A DNA stretch of 64,000 bases. Source: an uncultured Pseudomonadota bacterium. Its GTDB lineage: Bacteria; Pseudomonadota; Alphaproteobacteria; RF32; CAG-239. Under the pieces are notes generated by a model. It was not told where the DNA came from, did no database searches, and was given only the letters and a program-made list of their open reading frames with translations. Of the stretch, positions 41,317 to 49,936 are shown piece after piece; within the stretch, counting starts at the first letter, position 1; each line of letters begins with the position of its first letter. The stretch covers positions 13,372-77,371 of the forward strand of contig CASFJS010000004.1 in assembly GCA_949295085.1 (NCBI GenBank), in the 5' to 3' direction. A program made the position numbers and the translations under genes.

Positions 41317-41889
41317 TCAGAGTTTTGTTTCCGATATGTTTTGCTTCAAAAGACTGACTGCTGCGCGCGCATGGGGGGGGGTAGAACTTTTGTCAGAAAT
41401 TTCAATAACCTTAAAAGATTTTTTTGTTGTTTTAGGTCTGGTTTCAATCAAAACTTCCGTCGTTTCCGCAGGCTCTTTTTCCGTTTTTGTCGTTGATCTT
41501 CTGTTGCGTTGTGTCGGTTTAGTCTCTACCAAAGTGTTTGAGGTCTCGTTGCTGTCGGATACCTGAGACTGCGGTGCTTCGGCAGGCGTCTCCGGTTGTT
41601 CGGCAGAAACCTCGGAGGTTTCACCGTCTTTGTTGGCAAAACGGGCATTTTTACGCTCGTTTATTTCCGTAATAATTTTACGGTAATGTTCGGCATATTG
41701 GCGAAACACCTCGGCCTCGACATAATTGCCGTTGCTATGGGCTTCCTTGGCCAGTTCATTATAGCGTTTGATCAGATCCAGCGCCGTTCCGCTGCATTTA
41801 CCGGCCGGGGATATACTGTCAAATTTGTAATTAATGGAATAAACCTGATTGTTATAATTATTATTGTTGCGATATTTAATTTTTTTCAT
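41317..41889 (-). CDS. DUF4167 domain protein
   Basis: Conserved N-terminal YKFDSISPAGK...AEVFRQYAEHY signature of alphaproteobacterial DUF4167. Low-complexity C-terminus containing the C9 tract. Confidence 0.55.
   Translation of the reverse strand: MKKIKYRNNNNYNNQVYSINYKFDSISPAGKCSGTALDLIKRYNELAKEAHSNGNYVEAEVFRQYAEHYRKIITEINERKNARFANKDGETSEVSAEQPETPAEAPQSQVSDSNETSNTLVETKPTQRNRRSTTKTEKEPAETTEVLIETRPKTTKKSFKVIEISDKSSTPPHARAAVSLLKQNISETKL
41373..41381. repeat. Homopolymeric G9 (C9 on the coding strand) tract inside the 3' part of the DUF4167 gene
   Basis: atgggggggggtag, preceded by (GC)4. Confidence 0.85.
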
Positions 41890-42031
41890 AAAACGATTAC
41901 CATAAAAAAACACACCGTTAAAGATGTAAAATTAAAAACAAGATTGTTTGAGAAAAAATGTTTCGGCACCCAAAAAAGCGCGCCGCCCAACATACAACAG
42001 CCATCATAATCAATCTTTTATTAAATGCAAA

Positions 42032-42883
42032 CTATTTTTTCAAAATTATACAGCGTTCAATGCCGTTTAGGTCTTTTGCTTTGACGGCGGATTTGAAACC
42101 GTTTTGAAGCGCGATACGGATAACATCATCGGCCTGGCCTTCGCCGCATTCAAAAATCAAATGACCGTTATCTGCCAGCATATGCGCCGAAATCTCGGTA
42201 ATCCGCCGATAATCGCGCAGGCCGTCTTCGCCGCCGTCAAGTGCCGACAACGGATCAAAGTCCTTGACTTCCGCGTCAAGTGTGATGATCTCGGCACTCG
42301 GAATATAAGGCGGGTTGCTGACAATCATATCAAAACCATTTTGTGTTGTTGTGATGTTCGGATCAAACCAGCTGAGCTGATACCAGCTGACACGTTCGGC
42401 AACGCCGAGGTTTCTGGCATTAAGTTCGGCAACTTTTAACGCCTTGGCCGAAAAATCAATTCCCACACCGGCAGCCAGAGGGCATTCGGCCAGCAGCGAT
42501 AAAATAATACATCCGGAACCCACCCCGAATTCCAGCAATCTGAAAGGGCGGTTTTTGTCAAGAAGTTTTAAGGCCTCTTCAACCAAAATCTCCGTGTCCG
42601 GCCGAGGCGACAAAACATCACGATTAACCGCAAAATCATATTTATAAAAACCTCGCCGGCCGATAATTTTGTCAACCGGACAATGCTCGGCGCGCTGTTT
42701 GACGGCAAAAACAAATTTTTGCCGTTGCTCCGTTGTCAGCGGCCGGTCATAAAAATAAAGCCCATTAACCGGAATATCCAAGGCATAAGCCAACAGCAGG
42801 CGCATTTCCTGCCGGCTTGTTTCAATTCCGCCGCGGCGTAAAAGCCGCAAATTTTCTGTCAGCAGTTCTTCAATATCGGTCAT
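42032..42883 (-). CDS. prmC: Release factor glutamine methyltransferase PrmC (HemK)
   Basis: NPPY motif (VSNPPYI), SAM-binding motif (LEFGVGSG), 283 aa. Confidence 0.82.
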   Translation of the reverse strand: MTDIEELLTENLRLLRRGGIETSRQEMRLLLAYALDIPVNGLYFYDRPLTTEQRQKFVFAVKQRAEHCPVDKIIGRRGFYKYDFAVNRDVLSPRPDTEILVEEALKLLDKNRPFRLLEFGVGSGCIILSLLAECPLAAGVGIDFSAKALKVAELNARNLGVAERVSWYQLSWFDPNITTTQNGFDMIVSNPPYIPSAEIITLDAEVKDFDPLSALDGGEDGLRDYRRITEISAHMLADNGHLIFECGEGQADDVIRIALQNGFKSAVKAKDLNGIERCIILKK

Positions 42884-42950
42884 TGGCTCATATCAATAAA
42901 AAAAAGCACCTTTGTCATAAAGATGCCAGAAATAGCAAAACGGTGAGAAA

Positions 42951-43148
42951 TCAGACCAAACCATGTGTTGATTGTAAAGAATGTTTCTTAAAAAAATCAT
43001 ATTCTTGAGAGCCGTCAACACCGCGCACTTTACTCAGCCGCTGCCGCATCCGGTCGGCAAAAGAAGACATGGTCCACCCTTTGTCATTCTTTTCATCTTC
43101 CGTCATCAAACGGGCAAAATCATCAGATTTGTTTGGCTTTTTATTCAT
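42951..43148 (-). CDS. Small hypothetical protein
   Basis: 65-aa ORF between rpoH and prmC on the same strand. Confidence 0.2.
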   Translation of the reverse strand: MNKKPNKSDDFARLMTEDEKNDKGWTMSSFADRMRQRLSKVRGVDGSQEYDFFKKHSLQSTHGLV

Positions 43149-43183
43149 TACAAAGCTCTCCTCCGGCCTGTTGAGCCATTATA

Positions 43184-44107
43184 TCATTTTTTTACGGAAA
43201 TCGCAAGCAAAACAAGCTGTTGTAATTTTTTGAATGCCGCCTCTTCAATCTGGCGCACGCGCTCCCGGCTGATACCGAATTTTTCGCCGACTTCGTTCAG
43301 CGTTTGCGGGTCTTCCGTCAACAGGCGGTTTTTAACAATATATTGTTCACGGTCGCTAAGCTGTTTTAAACATTGCTGCAAAACAGCCTTTTTGTAAGCA
43401 GCTTCCTGCCGTCCGGCAACTTTTTCCTCAATATTCTGGCTCTTGTCAACCAAAAGATCTATGCGCTCATCTTCGTCTTCATCAGAAACGCTGACATTCA
43501 ACGACTTATCGCCACCGAGCCGCATATTCATCTCTTTAACGTCATTTTCATCAACAACCAGCTCCCGGGCAATGGCTTTAACTTCCTGCGGTGCCAATTC
43601 TTTGTTGTCATAAATGCCGAGGCGGGCTTTAATGCGTTTCAGATTATAAAAAAGCTTTTTCTGCGCGGCACTTGTCCCCATTTTTACCAGCGACCACGAT
43701 TTCAAAATATAATCATTGATGGAAGCTTTAATCCACCAAATAGCATAAGTTGCCAAACGAACCTTTTTGGATAAATCAAATTTTTTGACCGCCTGCATAA
43801 GTCCGAGATTAGCCTCCGAAATAATATCGGCCAAAGGCAAACCATACCGGCGGTAAGTCATGGCAATCTTTGCGGCCAGCCGCAAGTGCGACGTAACCAA
43901 AACCTGTGCGGCCCGGACATCGCCGTTCTGCTGCAAATCCGTAACCAGTTTCTTTTCCTGCTCCTCGGTCAGCACCGGAAAAGTCTTGATTTTTTCAAGG
44001 TATGAAACCAGAGAGTTATCACTGACAACCGCCGGAAGCTGACACTTCCGGACAACAATCCCGTGACCATCCCGAGAATTTAAATTATTTGTAGTTTTAT
44101 CTTCCAT
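43184..44107 (-). CDS. rpoH: RNA polymerase sigma-32 factor RpoH
   Basis: Sigma-70 regions 2 and 4 plus the RpoH box (AQKKLFYNLKRIKARLG). Start placed at MEDKTT to give a sigma-32-like length of about 307 aa. Confidence 0.8.
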   Translation of the reverse strand: MEDKTTNNLNSRDGHGIVVRKCQLPAVVSDNSLVSYLEKIKTFPVLTEEQEKKLVTDLQQNGDVRAAQVLVTSHLRLAAKIAMTYRRYGLPLADIISEANLGLMQAVKKFDLSKKVRLATYAIWWIKASINDYILKSWSLVKMGTSAAQKKLFYNLKRIKARLGIYDNKELAPQEVKAIARELVVDENDVKEMNMRLGGDKSLNVSVSDEDEDERIDLLVDKSQNIEEKVAGRQEAAYKKAVLQQCLKQLSDREQYIVKNRLLTEDPQTLNEVGEKFGISRERVRQIEEAAFKKLQQLVLLAISVKK

Positions 44108-44193
44108 TGCTCTGTTAATATAGGTAAACCGACTGCCTTTGTCAAGATTCGACAGGCAACCATGATAAGACATTTTTATGCTTTTGGCAATAG

Positions 44194-44730
44194 TCAATCT
44201 CCAACAACAAAATTAGGTATCTCACGGCGGCTAAAGTTAATAATGTCAACTTTGACGTTGGCTCCGTCGTCATACATCAGCAGATAAAAACGCACCTTAA
44301 GTTCGGGACTGTTGCTTTGGCAAATCTTAAAATTATGGTCGGTCAGCGCATTGTTAATTCGCAACTCAACCATCCTTCCGGCCAGTTGAGGGTAAGTCTT
44401 CGGCATAACATCATCAATGTTCAATTCCGTAAAATCATCAATATTTTTCATAAGCAGCCGGGAGCGTCGTTTTTCGGCAATGCTTTTTCCTTTGGTTGAT
44501 ATATAGGGCCTGAGCGTTTCCCGCACCTGACGGAGAACCGTCTCGTCATCACAAGCCGGCTTGGGGTTAGGGGCAACTTTTGTTTTCTGCTTTTGCTGCT
44601 CAATAATCGCAACGACGGTTTTGTCAGGATATCCGAAAACATTGGTATCTTCTTCGGGCACGGTATCTTGAGCATAAACGGGCAGAGCCCCCGAAAGAAG
44701 AAACAGCAGTGCCGCCAGATATTTTTTCAT
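44194..44730 (-). CDS. Putative exported/lipoprotein
   Basis: Signal peptide MKKYLAALLFLLSGALPVYAQ. Start chosen to avoid overlap with asnS. Confidence 0.4.
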   Translation of the reverse strand: MKKYLAALLFLLSGALPVYAQDTVPEEDTNVFGYPDKTVVAIIEQQKQKTKVAPNPKPACDDETVLRQVRETLRPYISTKGKSIAEKRRSRLLMKNIDDFTELNIDDVMPKTYPQLAGRMVELRINNALTDHNFKICQSNSPELKVRFYLLMYDDGANVKVDIINFSRREIPNFVVGD

Positions 44731-44740
44731 ACATCTTTTC

Positions 44741-46129
44741 CTAAAAATTAATTGACTTTGGCGTCCGCGGAAAAGGAATAACATCACGAATATTGCCGAT
44801 TCCGGTAATAAGCATCATCATACGCTCAAAACCTAGCCCGAAACCGGCATGCGGCACCGACCCGTAGCGCCGAGAATCCAAATACCATTCGTAATCAGCC
44901 TCGGTCATCCCCATTTCCTCAATGCGTTTAATCAAAACATCAAGCCGTTCTTCACGCTGCGATCCGCCGATAAGTTCGCCGATTCCCGGTACCAAAACAT
45001 CCATCGCCGCCACGGTGCGTCCGTCATCGTTCAAGCGCATATAAAAGGCTTTGATTTCTTTCGGATAATCACGCACGATAACCGGACGTTTGAAATGTTC
45101 TTCCGCCAAAAAGCGCTCGTGTTCGGTCTGCAGATCAATGCCGAATTCCGGTTTGTATTCAAACGCCTTGCCGGAGGCTTTCATAATATCAATCGCTTCG
45201 GTATAGGTAATGCGGGCAAAACCGCTGTTCATGATATTATTAAGCTTATCAAGAAGTCCCGGCTCGACAAACTTGTCAAACAAAGCCAGATCATCGGCAC
45301 AAGTATTCATGACATGGCGGATGCAGTATTTGACCATGTCTTCGGCCAAATCCATATCATCATGAATATCGGCAAAAGCCATCTCCGGCTCAATCATCCA
45401 AAACTCGGCGGCGTGTCGCGTGGTGTTGGAGTTTTCGGCGCGGAACGTCGGCCCGAAAGTATAAATATCGCCAAGTGCACAGGCATACATCTCGCCGTTA
45501 AGCTGACCGGAAACCGTCAGGCGGGCTTCTTTACCGAAAAAATCCTGACTATAGTCAACTTTGCCGTCGGGCGTGCGTGGCGGATTGTTGATGTCAAGCG
45601 TCGTCACCTGAAACATTTCGCCGGCGCCCTCACAGTCCGAACCGGTAATAATCGGCGTATGAACATAGCGAAAACCGCGTTCGTTAAAAAATTTGTGAAT
45701 GGCATAAGACAATTCCGAGCGCACACGAAAAGCTGCGCCGTATTTGTTGGAGCGCGGGCGCAAATGCGCAATGGTACGCAGGTACTCATCGCTGTGTTTT
45801 TTCTTTTGTAACGGGTAATCTTCCGGCGCCAGCGAATAAATTTCAATTGTTTCCGCAACCACCTCAAACTTCTGGTTGCCGCCCTGTGACAAAATCATCT
45901 CACCGGTTACCGCGACCGACGATCCGGTTGTGAGCTTTTTGATATCATCATAATTGCTTAAATCGTTGCGGGCAATAACCTGCATATTTTTAAGACAGGA
46001 GCCGTCGTTGATTTCAACAAAAGAAAAATCTTTGGCATCGCGGCGGGTCCGAACCCAGCCTTTGATAAGAACTTGTTTAATCGTCTGTTCCGATTGCAGC
46101 AGTTGAGCAATTTTAGTTCTCTTCAGCAT
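44741..46129 (-). CDS. asnS: Asparagine--tRNA ligase
   Basis: Class IIb aaRS with N-terminal OB fold (KGWVRTRRD). Motifs FRAE..., GGSQREER and ...GFGLGFERM. 462 aa. Confidence 0.88.
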   Translation of the reverse strand: MLKRTKIAQLLQSEQTIKQVLIKGWVRTRRDAKDFSFVEINDGSCLKNMQVIARNDLSNYDDIKKLTTGSSVAVTGEMILSQGGNQKFEVVAETIEIYSLAPEDYPLQKKKHSDEYLRTIAHLRPRSNKYGAAFRVRSELSYAIHKFFNERGFRYVHTPIITGSDCEGAGEMFQVTTLDINNPPRTPDGKVDYSQDFFGKEARLTVSGQLNGEMYACALGDIYTFGPTFRAENSNTTRHAAEFWMIEPEMAFADIHDDMDLAEDMVKYCIRHVMNTCADDLALFDKFVEPGLLDKLNNIMNSGFARITYTEAIDIMKASGKAFEYKPEFGIDLQTEHERFLAEEHFKRPVIVRDYPKEIKAFYMRLNDDGRTVAAMDVLVPGIGELIGGSQREERLDVLIKRIEEMGMTEADYEWYLDSRRYGSVPHAGFGLGFERMMMLITGIGNIRDVIPFPRTPKSINF

Positions 46130-46273
46130 TTTATTTATATCCTCAAATTCCGTTATGATTCTGCAAAATTACAGCCACTATATTACAGCTTTGTGCAAAT
46201 GTCCAGCATTGACAAATTTTATTCTACAGTTTAGATTCAAACCAAAACAACCGAAACTTTAAGGACAACAGCG

Positions 46274-46726
46274 ATGAAAAAACAATTTTTGACACTCGGC
46301 GCGGCGGCTGTGTTGCTGTCGGCCTGCGCGGCAAACATCAATTCCGATCATTACAATACGTCGGCCACCGGCGCGGTAGGGCAGGTTATGGGCTGTACGG
46401 TGGTGAACGTTCGCCAGGTTAATGTTTCTTCGGACGATTCGTCAGCCGGTGCAGTTTTGGGCGCCATCGGCGGCGGTGTTGCCGGTTCCACCATCGGTCA
46501 CGGCCGCGGCAGTGTCTTAGGTGCTTTGGGCGGTGCGGCTCTGGGCAGCGTTGCCGGTAACATGGCGCAAAAAGGTTTAACCGGCCAAACCGGCGTTGAA
46601 TATATTGTCCGTCTGGACAACGGCACCATGCGTACCGTTACTCAGGGTACCGATGTTTATATGCAGCCCGGCCAGCGTTGTTACTTGCTGTATGGCGAAC
46701 AATCGCGCATTATTCCGGCCAATTAA
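46274..46726 (+). CDS. Glycine-zipper outer-membrane lipoprotein (SlyB/Pcp, 17-kDa-antigen-like)
   Basis: Lipobox LLSACA. Gly-zipper (GAVLGAIGGGVAGSTIGHGRGSVLGALGGAALGSVAG). Confidence 0.6.
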   Translation: MKKQFLTLGAAAVLLSACAANINSDHYNTSATGAVGQVMGCTVVNVRQVNVSSDDSSAGAVLGAIGGGVAGSTIGHGRGSVLGALGGAALGSVAGNMAQKGLTGQTGVEYIVRLDNGTMRTVTQGTDVYMQPGQRCYLLYGEQSRIIPAN

Positions 46727-46737
46727 ACGTTGCAAAT

Positions 46738-46771
46738 AAAAAAGCGGTCTGCGGCAGACCGCTTTTTTTCA
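46738..46771 (+). terminator. Rho-independent terminator
   Basis: AAAAAGCGGTCTGC-GGCAGACCGCTTTTTTT. Confidence 0.65.
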
Positions 46772-46927
46772 TGAATTATACATCCCGAAAACCCTTTGCA
46801 AGGTTGATTTTCAAGGCCTGAGGCGATTTGTAACATTCGGAAAATTTTTGTGTTTTGCCATTAAAAATTATATCCGCTAAATTGCAAACAGACAGCAAAC
46901 AAAAATGAATTAAGGACGAATAATCAA

Positions 46928-47728
46928 ATGGCAAATATACATCCGACGGCATTTGTTGAAGACGGCGCCAAGATTGCCGACAGCGCCGAGATAGGCCCTT
47001 TTTGCTGGGTCAGCGCTCAGGCCAAAATAGATGAAAATGTAAAGCTTATCGGCCGGGTAACCGTCTATGGTGATACCACCATCGGCGAGGGTACGGTGGT
47101 TTTCCCCGGAGCCTGTCTGGGAACGGGACCTCAGGATCACGGCAACGAGTTTGTTCCGGGCGCCAAAGTCATTATCGGCAAAAACAATGTCATCCGTGAA
47201 AATGTTACCATTCATCGCGGCACCCCAAAAGAGCATCAGACCACCGTTGTCGGTGACAACTGTATGTTGATGGTCAATTCGCATATTGCGCATGATTGTG
47301 TCGTCGGCAACAATGTGATTATGACCAACAACGCGGTTATCGGCGGTCATGTCCGGTTGGGCGACGGTGTTATCTTGGGCGGCAATTCGGCGGTTCACCA
47401 ATTTTGCCGTATTGGTCGCAAAGCCATGGTTGGAGGTCTTTCCGGTGTTGATCGTGATGTCATTCCTTTTGGTATTGTTACCGGAGACCGTGGCAAACTG
47501 CGTGGCTTAAACCGCGTCGGTATGCAGCGTGCCGGCATGGACGAAAAAACCATTAAAGCGGTTTCACATGCTTTTATGTACATCTTTAAGGGCAAAGAGG
47601 ATACATTTGAGATAAGGGTCGAAAAAGCCGGAGAGAAATACAAAGACAATGCTCTGGTTATGGAACAGTTGCAGTTTATCAGCGATGGCCTGGCCGGCCG
47701 CCGCAAGGTGATGACTGCTGCCGAATAG
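46928..47728 (+). CDS. lpxA: Acyl-ACP--UDP-N-acetylglucosamine O-acyltransferase
   Basis: Left-handed beta-helix hexapeptide repeats and start MANIHPTAFVEDGAKI. 266 aa. Confidence 0.85.
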   Translation: MANIHPTAFVEDGAKIADSAEIGPFCWVSAQAKIDENVKLIGRVTVYGDTTIGEGTVVFPGACLGTGPQDHGNEFVPGAKVIIGKNNVIRENVTIHRGTPKEHQTTVVGDNCMLMVNSHIAHDCVVGNNVIMTNNAVIGGHVRLGDGVILGGNSAVHQFCRIGRKAMVGGLSGVDRDVIPFGIVTGDRGKLRGLNRVGMQRAGMDEKTIKAVSHAFMYIFKGKEDTFEIRVEKAGEKYKDNALVMEQLQFISDGLAGRRKVMTAAE

Positions 47729-47771
47729 TTTTTTGGCCGGCCTCGGGAAAGGTCCTCAGCTGCCGGCCGCA

Positions 47772-47800
47772 AAATTGGTTTGGACATTAAACCAATTTTT
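47772..47800 (+). terminator. Hairpin terminator after lpxA
   Basis: AAATTGGTTT-GGACATT-AAACCAATTTTT. Confidence 0.45.
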
Positions 47801-47940
47801 ACAAAGCTTGATATAGGATATTTTTGGCAGGATAAAAACGGTCGCCGGGTCTGCCTTACGGGACAAAAAGGCCGCTGTTTTCAGAAACAATGCCCAAAAT
47901 AACCGAATATCAAGTTTTGTTTTTTATGAAAGTTGAAAAG

Positions 47941-48786
47941 ATGACAAACACACACCGCAAACTCGGTATTATTGCCGGTGGCGGCTCTATTCCCGAAATG
48001 CTGGTTGGACAATGCCGGACCGAAGGCAGAGATTTTGTTGTTCTGGCAATTGATGGCAATGCCGATAAAAATTTTTTTAATGATAAAGCAGATTTTCCGT
48101 TTCGTTGGATTCGCATTGGTCAAGCCGGCACCGGTTTCAAATATTTTGCCGAACACGGGGTCGAAGACGTCATTATGATCGGAACCATCCGCCGGCCGAG
48201 CTTTTTTGATCTGGTACCGGATTTGCGTACCACGGCCTTTTTTGCGCGTATTGGTGCCAAGGCTTTGGGAGATGATGGTATTTTGCGCGCTCTGGTCAAA
48301 GAGATAGAAAGCGATGGCATGCTGGTCAAGGGCATCCATGAGGTTATGCCGGAATTATTGGTTAAAGAAGGCTTGTTGACCAAACGTAAACCATCCAAAC
48401 GGGATGAGGCGGACATCCGCCGCGGTGTTGAAGCCGCTCTGGCGTTGGGGCGTTTGGATATTGGTCAGGCAGTTGTCGTCCAACAAGGGTTAGTCCTTGG
48501 CGTAGAGGGAATAGAGGGGACCGATGAGCTAATGCGCCGTTGCAAAGAATATCGGCGCAAAGGCGGCGGCGGTGTGTTGGTTAAGTTGCGTAAGCCCGGG
48601 CAGGATATGCGTATTGATTTGCCGACCGTTGGTCCCCGGTCGGTTGAGCGCGCACATGAATGCGGGCTTGAAGGGCTGGTTGTCCACGCCGGTAATGGTC
48701 TGATGGTTGACGAACAAGAAACCATAGCTTTGGCAAACAAGTATGGTATGTTTATTGTCGGAGTAAATCCCAATGACTTCAAATAA
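47941..48786 (+). CDS. lpxI: UDP-2,3-diacylglucosamine pyrophosphatase LpxI (DUF1009)
   Basis: Start LGIIAGGGSIP. About 281 aa. Positioned between lpxA and lpxB as in Caulobacter-type lipid A clusters. Confidence 0.7.
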   Translation: MTNTHRKLGIIAGGGSIPEMLVGQCRTEGRDFVVLAIDGNADKNFFNDKADFPFRWIRIGQAGTGFKYFAEHGVEDVIMIGTIRRPSFFDLVPDLRTTAFFARIGAKALGDDGILRALVKEIESDGMLVKGIHEVMPELLVKEGLLTKRKPSKRDEADIRRGVEAALALGRLDIGQAVVVQQGLVLGVEGIEGTDELMRRCKEYRRKGGGGVLVKLRKPGQDMRIDLPTVGPRSVERAHECGLEGLVVHAGNGLMVDEQETIALANKYGMFIVGVNPNDFK

Positions 48787-49936
48787 ACTCAGAATTTATC
48801 TGATAGCCGGTGAGCCGAGCGGTGATTTGCTCGGTTCAAGGTTAATGCGGGCCTTAAAACAAAAAACAGATAATCAGGTAGAATTTTTCGGCCTCGGCGG
48901 AGATACCATGGAAGCCGAAGGGCTGCCCTCTTTGTTTGATATTTCCGAATTGGCGGTTATGGGTTTGGTTGAGGTCGTTCCGAGTATTCCGCGGGTTTTA
49001 CGGCGGATTCGCGAAGTGGTGGCCGATATAGAGCACCGCCGTCCCGACATTGTCGTTACGATAGACAGCTGGAGCTTTTGCAGCAGAGTTCACAAAGCCT
49101 TGCGCCGCCGCCATACCGGTATTAAGCAGTTACACTATGTTGCACCGCAGGTCTGGGCCTGGAAAAAGCGTCGGGCCAAAACCATGTATCAGTATGTTGA
49201 TGAATTGTTGACATTATTGCCGGCCGAGCCGCCTTATTTCACCGGGCACGGCTTAAAAACCGTTTTTGTCGGTCATCCGGTGATTGAAAGTGCTGCCTTG
49301 CAGGCTGACGGACAGGCTTTTCGCCAAAGATTTGCCATTCCGGACAATAAACAGATTATCTCGGTTCTGCCGGGGTCGCGTCATACCGAAGTTTGCCGTC
49401 TGTTGCCCGATTTTTTACAAGCGGCAGGACTCTTGCACGAACTTAATCCGGACATGCACTTTGTTTTGCCAACGGTCAAAACCGTTGCCGCCCGTATCCG
49501 GCAAATGACCGAAGATTGCAATTTGCCGCTGACGGTTTTAGAAACCGAGGCGGACAGGTATGGTGCTTTTCAAGCCTCCAGCGCCGCAATTGCCGCTTCC
49601 GGCACGGTCGCGCTGGAGCTGGCAATTTGCCATATTCCGCATATTATTGCTTATAAGGTGGCGCCGCTGACTTATACGTTGGCCAAACATTTGGTTAAAA
49701 TTAAATATGTTAATCTGACCAATATCATGTTAAACCGCCCGGTGGTTCCGGAATTGTTGCAGGAAAAATGCACGCCGCAAAACATTGTTCACGAAATTTT
49801 GGAATTGTTAAAAAACGGCAGTGCCTATGAAAAGCAAATGCAGGGCTTTACCGAAGTGCGGCAGTATCTGAGTTGCGGCAACCAAACGCCGAGTCAAAAT
49901 GCCGCCGACGAGGTCCTGAGGCTGATAAGATGTTAA
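48773..49936 (+). CDS. lpxB: Lipid-A-disaccharide synthase
   Basis: GT19 motifs (IAGEPSGD...). 387 aa. Overlaps lpxI. Confidence 0.82.
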   Translation: MTSNKLRIYLIAGEPSGDLLGSRLMRALKQKTDNQVEFFGLGGDTMEAEGLPSLFDISELAVMGLVEVVPSIPRVLRRIREVVADIEHRRPDIVVTIDSWSFCSRVHKALRRRHTGIKQLHYVAPQVWAWKKRRAKTMYQYVDELLTLLPAEPPYFTGHGLKTVFVGHPVIESAALQADGQAFRQRFAIPDNKQIISVLPGSRHTEVCRLLPDFLQAAGLLHELNPDMHFVLPTVKTVAARIRQMTEDCNLPLTVLETEADRYGAFQASSAAIAASGTVALELAICHIPHIIAYKVAPLTYTLAKHLVKIKYVNLTNIMLNRPVVPELLQEKCTPQNIVHEILELLKNGSAYEKQMQGFTEVRQYLSCGNQTPSQNAADEVLRLIRC

